The notes under the pieces are model-generated. The model was not told the DNA's origin. It saw nothing but the letters and a program-made list of their open reading frames with translations, and did not search any database. From Balanoglossus misakiensis (taxonomy: Eukaryota; Animalia; Hemichordata), in assembly GCA_040954595.2 (NCBI GenBank), contig CM082577.2, positions 10,131,846-10,195,845 of the forward strand: a DNA stretch of 64,000 nt, in the 5' to 3' direction. Positions within the stretch are counted from its first letter, which is position 1. Each line of letters starts with the position of its first letter. The translations under genes were made by a program, and so were the position numbers. Below, piece by piece: positions 46,650 through 59,100 of the stretch.

Positions 46650-49542
46650 ATAAAAATGTATCCCCATTGCCAAGTTTACATTTTCCTAGTAAATCGCGTT
46701 ATTCCCTAACCAAACTATTAGAATGTTATATTTTAAACCAAGCGTTGTGTGCGGATATCGGTATATAAAAAATCAACAAATTTAACATTTGACGAAGAGA
46801 AGTAAGGCTTAGCTCACTTTATCATGCGAAATTACTACTGTGCAAAAAGTTTTCATTCAAAATTACTATATTAAAACATTTCTCCATCCCTCAAAAAAAT
46901 AATATAATTTTATTTCGCACGTTTTAAAGAGTAAAACGCCATTTTATCGAAATGCCAATGGTGTATGGCCGTCAGTCCCTCGTTCAATGATTTGACAGAC
47001 ACGAAGTGAAGCTCCAATATTTTATCACCACATTAATAGGGAGTTGTACTGTTGAAAAACAGGCGCTTTACAATGTAAACAGTTTGTAGTAGCATATAGA
47101 TAAAAGCTACGCAAGTATAAATTCTTTTCGCCTTGAGCTCGATCACTTAGACGATTTGTACAATATCTGGAACACCCAAAACCGTTTCAGAGTCAGTGGA
47201 ATTTGACAAAGTGCATGTGATCATCTACTTTGAATTCCCGTCGCCCTCAATGCCGTCCTCAAAAATTACTATCATTATAGTCACGTGTGTTCACATGATG
47301 TATTTATTCAATCGTTTTCATTATTGGGTGTTTAAGTATACATGTACAATAGTGTCTGTGGTGATTATAAATATGCTTTTGAATCAATCACTTCGATTTG
47401 TCTCGGTTTGTATATACAGTCGCGCTACCAGCCCATTTAAAGGTATACGGTCATCTATGCAAATATAACTTCAGTTACCACGACAAATTGAAATCTATAG
47501 CCATTCGGAGTGGGTGGCACACGCGAAAAAAGAGCGCCACCATACATGTATGTTCTTTAGAACGATCAGACACGTCATTTTAGCCGTTTATGCGAACAAA
47601 TATAAATTGGAGGTGACCGTGTACCTTTAAGTACTTGGATCTTACGAAACTCTGCCGCTAAGCTTTTAGTCCGCCTTGAACAATACCTCAAATATGGTCA
47701 AACATCATAATTAAGACATAAGGAATTTTGCCTTGCGTAGCTATAATGTCACTTTTTTCCAGTTTGGTATTTTCGTGTGCCTTCTCATTTTACTGAATTT
47801 ATTCTGTTTCTTAATCGTGTCAAGAGTATACGTACGTTGACGCCTTTTGGGGAACATCGCATAGCCTTTTTCGACAACCGTTCCAAAGGTAAATTTTGAA
47901 CGCGATTTCAAGATGTTAATATTATTGAAAATCAACTGATAATTTTGAGCTCTTATAGTTGTGTGGTCTATCTTTTCGAACTGCTTACAATGAACACCTA
48001 TTACTCTCCCCCATTGTTTTATCATGTCATTTACAGTCTTACAATGTATATGTTTAATATATAGTTTATCAATAAAATTGATAGTGAGTAGTCCACATCG
48101 ACTCCTGCCTGGTGTCTTTTAATTAATTAACCTGCTTATATTTTCCATCGTCGTGAACTGCGGCCTATTTGCAGTGCGTCTATCAACAGTTTCTGCGGCT
48201 CTGGTTCGGGAGAATGACATTACCCATCTCTTGCTTTCAATCTATGGAGCCATTTGTCAACTTTCCCCATCGGCTGCATGAGGGCGCTAGACTTTTGAAA
48301 AGGGTGTATTACCTGAGCAAATTTCCACAATTTCGAGTTTTTTTATCTTGTGGGATATAGCTCTCAAACAAGGAAAACAGGTTTAGGAAGGGGTTTGAAC
48401 TAGGGTATGTTGGGTTTAACCAGAACACATGTTTTTAGACCCTGGCACATACATTTTGTATAAAACCACGTGTGCAGGCCTAAACACATTTGTTTGCAAG
48501 GCTTTTTTAGTATGTGACTTCTTTTTTTCTTTTTCTTTTATTTGTGACGGTGATTTTTCTTCTTTTAAATATTTTGCAACGAAAAACGAAGCCACAGCTG
48601 TTTGATAGTAATCACAGTTAATTGTACTTAATCATTCATTTATGGACGGTCAAACTTACATTGATGCATAAAAACCACTAAAATCTGCATTGAATGAACA
48701 TTTTGAATTTATTCTACAAAATATACATGTGCATCAACTTAGTGGAGTAGCAACATTCACTAGATATTGCAGCGTTTCATCTTCGGTCATAAATTCATCC
48801 ATTCTTTTTAATTCTAAACATAATGTTACTGTGATATTATCTGCAGCTTTCATCATAAAAATGGACAGCGCAGTTCATATAAAATATTTCATGGTGTTAA
48901 CCTACATTTCAACCATAAATGCACCCCCCATTTTTCTGTTAATAAAATGACAGTTTAGTTATATATAGACATCATTTTTTACAATTTTATTTGCGATGTG
49001 TGATAAAAGAGCAAAAATAATTTAAAATTTTAACATCTTTTTCTGCTCCTAAAATATCACGATATAAACTATACTAGTGTTTATTTAAAGTAACCAGACA
49101 GATTCTGTATTGTGTGCAACAAAAAGGAAGTATTAAACTATACACAAAAGTATTATTTTCCATGTAAATCGGTGAGAATTACGCAGCCATATTTATATAG
49201 AAAAACCTGGAATTGTAACTAATACTGAAATACCTGCTTCCCTAAGAATCTTTTGAAGACTTAATCATGAGTCTAACGTTCAAATAGATGATGAATTTCT
49301 CCTATATCTTACACCAAAGTTATGACAATTTTTCCTCGGCTAGAGTTATTTTTGTCACACATGAATACAAGCTGAATCAAAACAGTCCTCTTGTGATAGC
49401 TTGATTGACCGGGTGATAGATAAATCGTTAAACTGATTTGGCAAATTTGGGTGATAGGAGACCTTTTCTGTGAATTTTTCTAAGATTCTGGGTCAGACTA
49501 TGAACAATGTTTGCAGGAAAGAGTTACTTACAGCAGTTCTCT

Positions 49543-49920
49543 GAATGAATGACTGAATGACTGACTGAATGACTGACTGACTGACTGAATGAATGAATGA
49601 ATGAATGAATGAATGAATGAATGAATGAAAGGATGGGTAGATGGATGGATACATGAATGAATGAATGAATGAATGAATGAATGAATGAATGAATGAATGA
49701 ATGAATGAATGAATGAATGAATGAATAAATGAATGAATGAATGAATGAATGAATGAATGAAAAAAGATGGATAGATGAAAGAATGAGTGAATGAAAAAAG
49801 ATGGATGGATGAATGAATGAATGAATGAATGAATTAATTGATTGATTAATTAATCCATTAATTAATTAATTAATTAATGGATGGATGGATGGATGGATGG
49901 ATGGATGGATGAATGAATGA
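49543..49920. repeat. Compound (GAAT)n/(GACT)n/(GGAT)n/(TAAT)n microsatellite downstream of the CPPED1 stop
   Basis: Direct reading. Confidence 0.95.
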
Positions 49921-50071
49921 TGTATCCCTCTTGCTACCACAACCAGAACTTGGTGGAATGCACATCATTGTTTTCCATGGAAATGGAAGCGTATGGATCA
50001 AATTCTGTAGTCTCTATTAGTATTTGAGACGGCCACGTTAACTTCAATGCCACGAACCAAGCATGAACTGG

Positions 50072-53000
50072 CTAGAGCATTGAGTTCGCCATGTGAATCC
50101 TCTCCGGAATATCATCCATTGCATAATAGTCGTGTTTGATTGCGTCCTCGAAGACCCTGACCACCCGGAGACCGGATTTGGCCTCGCCCATCGGGCATCC
50201 CATCGCCGACGTTACCACCTCCTCCATGCCCTTGTAGAATCCGCCGGCGTTGCGGTGGTAATGACCACAAAATATCGTTCTCACTCCTGTAAAGGGCATC
50301 AAGAAACGAGTTGATTAACTTGGGATACGTTCTTTGCAACGATTTACCCGATTCCTGCCTAATACAGGGCTGTGTCAACAGTACAAAAACTGGTACAAGG
50401 TTGCATGACAAGTTTCACTACCTTAAATAGGTTTTCACTACCTAGGTAAGTGATAAAAAATCTTGTTGACGATTGAACTTCAAGATGGCGGACTTCTGCC
50501 ATGACAAATACAATGGGAGTCAGTTATATTATCCAGAAATTTTGAAGTCGAAAAAAATACAAAATATAATAAAAGTTGAAGGAGTTCTAAATGCTAACTA
50601 AAAGACAGAAGAACTCTTAGACATGCTTCCAATCAATAAAAGTAAAAGAACTGCATGAATTTATTCAGGACAAAAATTAGACATCATCTCAAAAAAAAAT
50701 TTAGATATCATCTCAAGGGTAGATACAGTACCTGCTTCTTTGAACTTGTCCAGCATCTTCAGTCGGAGTTCTATTTCAATATTGAAATAGTCCTTTCCTT
50801 CGTTTGGGTCTTTCAAGAACCACGGAATGTGTTGGCAAATCACTAAATGCTTACATCCTGATGTCTGTGCAGCTGAAGAGATGTATTTGGGATTACTAGA
50901 ACATGTATCCAGGAAGGACAAAATTCAAAGATTTAAATCTCTGAAGTTCAACTTCAGAGATTCGCATCTTGAAATAGTCTGAACTCATTGATTACTGTAA
51001 AACAGGTTATTTTTGCGATATCAAAAGACACAACTGTTACGAGAGGATTAATTTTCGCGTTCTCTTATTTTTACTGGATAGTTATCACCGAAAAACATTT
51101 AATGCAACTTTTTATTTTCACGTTTTTTGGGGCTCTTGCATATTTCGCAAAAATTTATTGCTTGCAAAAATAACCCGTTTTACAGTATTACATGTCGTGA
51201 AAGATAATTATAAAGGAGTTACAGTAAATTAAATTGCTGGTTGCAAAAGATATCATAGCAAGCATTATGTACCTGCCAATTCTTCGTCCAGCCACTGGTC
51301 CTGTTTTTCCTTCAATTCCATGACCTGGCTGGGATCTTCATAAAACTGGGAATTCAGGACCAAAAACCTGACGCCGCCCGCCCAAAAACCGAAATAGTCG
51401 TCGCCGAACTTGTTGACGTAGTTGGCGACCGACTGTCTGGTCGGCGTGTTTCCGAGGTCGTGGTTGCCGCAGACGCAGACGAGCGGAATCTCCGAGTCGA
51501 GATCCATGAATTCTCTCTGCATGTCGTTTTCTTGCTCTTCTCGGTCTTTGCCTCCTGGAATGCAAATCAAAAGAAAGAAAAATTACGGCAACGTCGCCCG
51601 CCGCATGTTTAATGCTCAGTCAGCAGCTGACGCGAGCAGAAATTCTCGTTTTCATCCTTGGAACAAAATCAGCGACGCACACGGATGTTCGTAGGTCAAA
51701 TTCCGATCAGAATCCCACGGTCATGGAGTTGAACGTACTGTTGCCATGGTTACTGTCTAGACATCTCCCTGACACAACCACTGGGGCATCTATCTCTCGG
51801 CACGCTCACATACTTTCCCCCTGACGTATAATGGTTGCAACCGGGCCACTGAAAACAAGGCATGGGATTAAGCCCTGCGGTGATGGTGATGTAAGTCCTT
51901 GCGGGCAAACAATACCTCTACGTGCAAATCATTAGACGACATGACGAGTCTTGCTTGTCGTCAATTGTGAAAACCATTGCCCCAACGCTTTAAAAAAGGC
52001 CCGTTCAGACCTCTTTGTGATAATTGCAACTTTTTACGGGATTTTCAACCACAGTCATTGTTTCAATACCAAGCAGTTGGTGTGGAACGGTAATTTACGA
52101 TGACCCGTTAGACGACTGTCACTCTGAAATGCTGCGGAAATGTCCCAAAGCAAAAAGTTTAGAATCTTGGTCTGATGAATGGGAAAGGCTACAGGTTGTT
52201 AAAAAAAACAATCGATCAGAGAGTGGACATGTTTTTGTTATTGTTTTATAAGCTGATTATTTTTAGAGCTTGCCAAATTCTGCATAAAGTCCATAGGTTA
52301 TATAACGCAAAGTGCTGCTTTGCATGTTTGTTGGGTAAAAAAAGGATGAATACTGCTTTTCAAAGACAATTCTCATTGCTTCTCCCCAACCACTACACCA
52401 AGAGTAATGGGTACCTGGTAGGACACTGACAGAGATTGTAATGTGTATGTGTAGCCCTAGACAGTACTACTGTCTATGGTGTAACTCTGCTGCACTGATT
52501 GCTGCACGTGAGTTGTTGTTTGCTCCCCTGGGAGTTGAAAGAATATTTCTGTCTGACGACCAGGGGAAAAAGTGTAAAATCGCACTGAGATGTGTACTGT
52601 GCTATATAAGAAATCACTATTAAGCAATGGAATGTGAGAATTCAGATTTTTACTCAGTCTCTCTGACCAGAGTTTACGTACCTGGAAAGGCATGGACTAG
52701 ATCGCCGCAGACAATGAAGAATTTGGGTCTGGGCGTCATCCTGTTTGCGGCCGCAACGGCTTTCCTGGTCAGCTCGATTTCCGTCGCCCATCCCGTGCCA
52801 GCCTTGTCTTCGAAGAAATCGGCGATCATGCCATATTGGGTGTCAGCGCCCTGAATGAAACAGAACGGGCCATTCCATTCGCCTTCAGTGTCTACAAAGG
52901 AAAAGTTTATATACTCAGTAAATTTGTCAATCAAGATATTTTGCTGTGCTTTTCATTTGTTTTGACATTCATTAGACCAATAGAGTCATTTGATTTAGCG

Positions 53001-53677
53001 TGACTGGTATGATACGCTTGGTTATTTTTCTTCTTGGGGTTCTGCTCCCAAATTCTGGAAAGACTTTATCTCTTGTGTAGTTCACTTACAATCCCATGTG
53101 AAGCATGTTACAGTCAGTTGAATCAGTTGGATGTCTTGCAAAGTGACTGAACAAGTTTGCAGTTTGCATTTTTTAAACAGTGACCCCCCGGTATGCCTGC
53201 ACAAAATTAAAGCGAACCTCCCCCTCTCCATGAACATGATGAAACGTAAATGTATAATGTAGTGACCCCCCCCCCCCCCCGTGCTCATTATGCATGTGTA
53301 ATCTAGAGATTACTGTATGGGACTATGGACCTCTCAACTCGTGCCTGCACCAAAAGATTCGCCACAGCTCAGGCGGCTAACGAGAACGTGAATTCTATCC
53401 TGTCGGATCAACGGTTTACAGAATACTATAAACAAGTTCCAGGGTTTCAGTTGTCAAGGGCATGATGATCTTGTGAGCTCGGAACGCGAGTACTCTCAAT
53501 ATGTCCTGTTTGTATATCGGTGTTACGCCCGTAGATCTTAAAATACAAATCTGTTACGAAGCACTGTGAAAGATACTGACCTGAACCAACACTAGATCCA
53601 CATAATTTCAATACCTTACCTCTGTCAAGACCGTGATATCCCCGATTTCTCGCTCTCTGAAACAGCGGTACTGCCAT
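50072..53677 (-). CDS. CPPED1: Serine/threonine-protein phosphatase CPPED1 (calcineurin-like metallophosphoesterase), 5 exons, 301 aa
   Basis: Exons 53677-53620, 52891-52682, 51554-51273, 50872-50732, 50286-50072 (906 nt, all phase-1 GT-AG introns). Motifs FQRARNR, EWNGPFCFIQGADTQYG, PKFFIVCGDLVHA, GNHDLGNTPT, FGDDYFGFWAGGV, QHIPWFL and GHYHRNAGG are collinear with vertebrate CPPED1. Confidence 0.96.
50993..51187. mobile_element. TA-flanked MITE in CPPED1 intron 3
   Basis: 24-bp TIR TACTGTAAAACAGGTTATTTTTGC / GCAAAAATAACCCGTTTTACAGTA, one mismatch. Confidence 0.75.
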
Positions 53678-53740
53678 TTCTGGTACCCGAGTGAAGTTTG
53701 ACCTTTAACCCCGGCCTACTTTCCTGTCGTTTGCAATGAA

Positions 53741-53791
53741 TGACGTCAACAGCGACCCACTTTTTGACATAGTGATACGGTAATGACGTCA
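53741..53791. promoter_or_regulatory. Two full CRE (TGACGTCA) sites in the CPPED1 proximal promoter
   Basis: TGACGTCA at 53741-53748 and 53784-53791, 64-114 nt upstream of ATG 53677. Confidence 0.6.
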
Positions 53792-56114
53792 CATCCAGGC
53801 ACATTCATTGTTCGTACGTTATATATTGTCGTCACTTGAATGATAGAAACATTTGTCTTGAAGATTTACTTCTGAGGTGTTACAAAGCTTGGGCATGATA
53901 AACGTGAGTGAAAGTTCTGGATGTGAAAGAAAATCAACCAAAATGGATGACAATTGCCATACAAAGTTTGACAAACATGCATTTGGTGATTTGCGTCATT
54001 CTTCAATTTGAATGCATCAAGATTGTGTGAGTCAATTGGTTCTTAATAATAATTAATAATAATGACGATGATTGCTTGGTTTGAATAAGATCTACTGAGA
54101 AACAAGCCAATCTCGGTAATTATTAGAAATTGAAAAAGTCCAATAAACTATACTGTACAACTGTATGTAAAATGTGATATTTTTATTACTGAAAGTCATG
54201 CACAGACCCAGGAGTGGCGACAAGACGTGACATTTCACATCATTTCAAATAATATAGGTTTCTTAAGACATGTATACGTTGTTACTGATAAACACACAAG
54301 TCAAGAAAAAACAAAGTAGGGCTCAGATAAGAAACTTTATACAGTTTTGAAAAACTTTTGATACAGGGTAAATGTAAGAATAAAAAAAATACAAAATACA
54401 CATTTTTGAGTTGGCATTCCATAATATCATGTTTTTGTATAATTCTACATTCTTTTATTCACAATAAAAATAATTTTATAAATTTAATATCAAAATGGAG
54501 TTGGAATGGTCAAATTTTCAATGTTCAAGGTTCAATGTTTAAAAACTTGTAAAAAAATACCTAAAGTAAATTTCCAGAATGGAACTGTGATATTAGTACA
54601 TGTATATCTTATTTGCTTCGACATAATCATAGAAATATAATATGTCTGAGTCAAAGTTTGTTTCTAAAGTTTAGGATATTAGCATAGCGTAATTGTTGGC
54701 TTTGTTTTGCAAGTTATGACGTTTTATAAAATTTTGTGAGGTGTAATAGCTTATAATCTCTCCTACAGACATTATACACATAGATATTACACATCTGTGT
54801 GATGTCATCATAGCAGTGCGCCCTCTAGAGTTGAATGACATGTCACTTCTGAAAAAGTCACCATCATGCAAGATACATTACAAATTAAAAGTTACAGTTT
54901 CTTAGATCGATTACAACATTTTCTTAAGTCACGTTTGTTAGAGGGTAAAAAAGTTTGGCACACCGGGTTTTAAAATTGTAAATCATAAAGCAAACAAAAA
55001 TTAACATAAAAAATAATACTAAATGTTTTCACCAACTATGATAGAATTTAAATAAACTTGTTCACTAGAAAAAATGGTGGAATGATAAGAGAAGACCTTT
55101 ACAAGCTGACAAAAGTAGAAAAACAAAGATACATAATATACAAAAGAAATACATTCCATACTGTATTTTGTGGATTTCTTAATGAAATCTGCAATAAATA
55201 TTTATTCACCAATATATACACTATCTGTTACATTGTTATAAAAGGATGCATTTTAAAAATGAATCCATCAGGTACAAATACATATTTACCAATCATGTAC
55301 AGTTTAAAAACAATTTTAAATGGCACATTTGAAATATATATATTTCTCAAAATATACATATAAGGGCAATTTCTTAAAGTTCTTCTGATTGTGTTTTGTC
55401 AAGTGTATCTGATAGTGCACAAGTGCAAACAATTTGTACATTACTGATCATGAATAGACCTTTTATAGACAACGATACAGCCAAGATTTTGTACATTTTA
55501 TTTTGATTCTGCAAGTTTTTCTTTTCACTGATGTAGTGATTTTGGTACTTCAGGATTTGTCATTGAGCCATTTATGAGTGATAACATATCCTCTGGTCTA
55601 CTTGAAGAATTCTTTTAATTTTAAACTTTATTTTGTTTGGAAAGCTGCAAATTCAGAGTCTGTGGCAAGATGTGTCAGCTGGCTACCAAACACATTTTTT
55701 GCATAGATTCATCTTTTTGTTGAAACAAGATTCAATATCCATGCACGTCTTTTAAAAAATGTTCAGCGCAATATGTCATTGATTTTCAAGTTTTCCACTT
55801 TCAAAAAATGAGTGTCTCATTCCCACCTTATAAAAATACATTTAGCATCTTTCCCCAAAGAGGCTGATAAAATAGTGAAGTTTAGTGGCAACCTCTAAAT
55901 CACACGATTTTCATGATTTATGAATAAAAATATGAGAAAAAGTTTAAGACTTTGATTTTTCAAGGCGCATACTACCATACCTACCATCAGTCCATGACCT
56001 TGGTTGCACTTGGAAAATTTCTTGACTGGAAAAATGGTCCAGTGATCACTAGCCTGCATCTGTTTTGACAGATATCAGCTTTTAAGGCACACAGAATTGA
56101 TTTCAGTCGTTCGG

Positions 56115-59100
56115 TCAAAATTGAGTCTGCGTGACCGGTGGATGTTCCAGAAGTCTCAAGACCCTGTCAATCTTCGCTTCCAGTCCCAAAACTCTGCTGC
56201 TCAGGTTATTCAACTGAGCGTCCAGATCAGTCTGCTGGGCATCGACTTCCTCAAGTCCGGTTGAAGATGGTGCCGGGCCTTCGCCTTGACCTTTGACCCC
56301 AGTCTGAGCGGCCGCCACCGGTCCCGCCTTTCCGCTGGGTGCCTCGGGTTTGCTGCTGATGCCCACGTACTCTTTCAACTCTTCAACTTCGTGGATAACT
56401 TGTTCCATCCTGCCGAGGAAAAATTATATAAACATGTCAAGTGAAGGGGTCATCACACCGCATTTGTTTGTTTATAAACATTACAATTCATCCACAAATC
56501 CCTGAAATTAGATCATTCTTAGAATGAACAAAGCAGCTAACTGTAGCAAAGACTAGGCATGACAGCAACTGAAGATCCTAGTAGGTCGTGGCGACTGCAG
56601 TGAGGTTTGTGCTGGTATGGGAGGACATATTCTCATCAAGGGGGACACCCACGCGGCGTGACGACCGCTTCCCCTAAAAATAAATTTCTGCCTGACCAAC
56701 AAAACAAGGCATGCATCTCCCCCGTCAAAAAACCTCAAACAAAACAAAACAAAAACAAACTAATCTGACATACTTTTCACCAGTAGATGTGACAGTACTC
56801 TGCCAAGAAGTGACATAGTCTTGGTTTTTCTTGATGAAGTGATTCACCATGTGTTTCCTTTCAAACACATTCACGTAGTCTTCCAGCCTGTCATCCAATC
56901 TCACCTCTGAAAGAAAAGGTCAAAGTTCAAAAAAAAAATTTTTTTAGTGGACATTATCAGTGCTATATTAAACTGTGTACTTTTGACAGTTTGCAGACTT
57001 GCCAAATACCCAATTCCTACACTGCCACATTTATTTTTAAGTCAAATGTAATAATAATTGTGAAATCCTAAATTATAAGTATACTGAATCAAGCTGTATA
57101 CCTGAACATCATATACAATTATCTCATTAGAAATCTACTTACGCAGAGTGTGTGACTGATTTTTATCATATTCTTTCAAAATCCTTGATTTTTCTTTTTC
57201 TGCATTTTCACTTTGCTCAGCATCTGTAAAGAAAGACGAGGAACAGTGTCTGTTAGCAAGATACATGTATGATCTTTTTTTTTCAGACAAAGTAAAGTAC
57301 GTGTATCTTTGTCTGAGTTCAGATGCTGAAACTGACAATACAACCACAAAGGACGAAGTGTTTGGTTACTGTTCGAGATTTTTGAGAACTTCGGGGAGAA
57401 GGTCCTCCATAATTTGCTCACTTACTTCTGAGAGCACTCCATAACTTCATCTTGAAATAACAGAATCTCAGCAATCTGTAGATGTGATTGATGATGATAA
57501 ACGGAGGAGCCAGAGCGGGTCTGTCGTTATATTCGCTGATCAGTTCATAGCGGTAGAAGCGCCAGATTGTCTCTGAGTTGTCTTGCACCTTCTGGAATGT
57601 GTAACTAAATGTATGAAAAAGGAAAAAAAACAACAGTTAAATTTCCTTGATATTTCACGTAAAATTTAATGCTTAGCTTGTATTTTAGATGGAGCATTAC
57701 ACTCGAGTTCATTAGAAAAATCCATTCTGTTTTTGTCAGTAGAGAGTTCTCAGTCTTTAGTGAGGTTTACATTGCAATACGTATTTCTGTGGTGGCGTGC
57801 ACACTGCAGGTACTAAAAGAAAAAAAATATGATTTCTCCCAAGATCAAGTTTCTCTACATTTATAGGCTCAGGACTTATCAGTCACACACACACACACAC
57901 TGTAAGTACAAGGCTTACCTGAACATGGCGATAAGTAGGTTGATAAGTAGAATGTTTGATATCAACATATAGATGGCTGTCAGGGTTGGAGGCACCCATC
58001 TGATGCTATCGTCTGGATGTGGGCAGGTGTCCATGTATCTGGGATCTTCATAGCATGTTGAATTGTCTACGAAACCTGAAAATATAAAAAAAATTCTTGT
58101 GAACATCTGGAATTTATTAGAAAAGTGACAGCCAAACACCATATATGAATATTGGGATAAAAAATCTATCCAGCTTATTAACACAACCTACCAAGTATGT
58201 ATATATCGTCAGCAAGTTGAATTCAAGTGTGGACTAGAATTCATCTGTCAACAATAACAATGGCCGGTACACACATGAAGGCTACATGTATGTTTATGTT
58301 GACATGTGGAGTGCATGGTATATTAGCATACTGTTTGGAGTAGAACAAGAAATTGCAAATATACACAGAAAGTTACAGCTAATGTCCCTTTAAAATACTG
58401 AACTTTAAGATATGGGACAAACCTTCAGTTTCTTCAAGGAAAAGTTCACCGTACAACTGCCAGTATGGTTTGTAGATAGACTTGAAGATGATGAGAGGGT
58501 TGCGGTTCATGTTTGGATAAAGCAAGGCCTCGTTGGCGATTCCAAAGCTCAGTATGAAGATCACCAGTATTGCGATAAAATAACCCAGGTCTCCCAGCTG
58601 AAAATGGAGAAAAGAAAAACAGAAATATTGCATGAAATTGTAGGTAAGGCATAATAATGGGGAATAGCAGACTTCATATTTCATAATGAAATATTTGACA
58701 ATGCATGATAATACAATACTTTTATATCACAATGTTTTTGTAGTCAAATAAAAAGCATCAATTTCATATACATGTACATATAGAGCGAAACGAAACATAT
58801 TTCTAGAACTAAACTCTTCACAAACTCACGAACAAACAAAAATTCTCACTCCTTGTGACAAGTAACAACCCACTTTTACCTATTCCTTTTGTTAAAACAA
58901 AATTGGTTCAGAAAAAAAAATCCCTGGTTTCGCTATTCTACAACGGAATTTCATTTTCTTGAAATATCTCACCATTTTAGAAATCATGATTATCTTGGGT
59001 CCGATATCTTTCTGGACAAAACCCATGTGTAACAGACGGAAGTAGAAAAACATGAGTGTGATACAGTAGACGACCCTGGCCGCCGCGAAGTACTCGGCCG

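Noticed and set aside
45009-46673. 554-aa antisense ORF (and the 271-aa alternative-frame ORF 45764-46579) over the last polycystin exon
   Set aside because: Shadow ORFs caused by extreme C/G third-position bias, which removes stops in other frames; no recognisable motifs.
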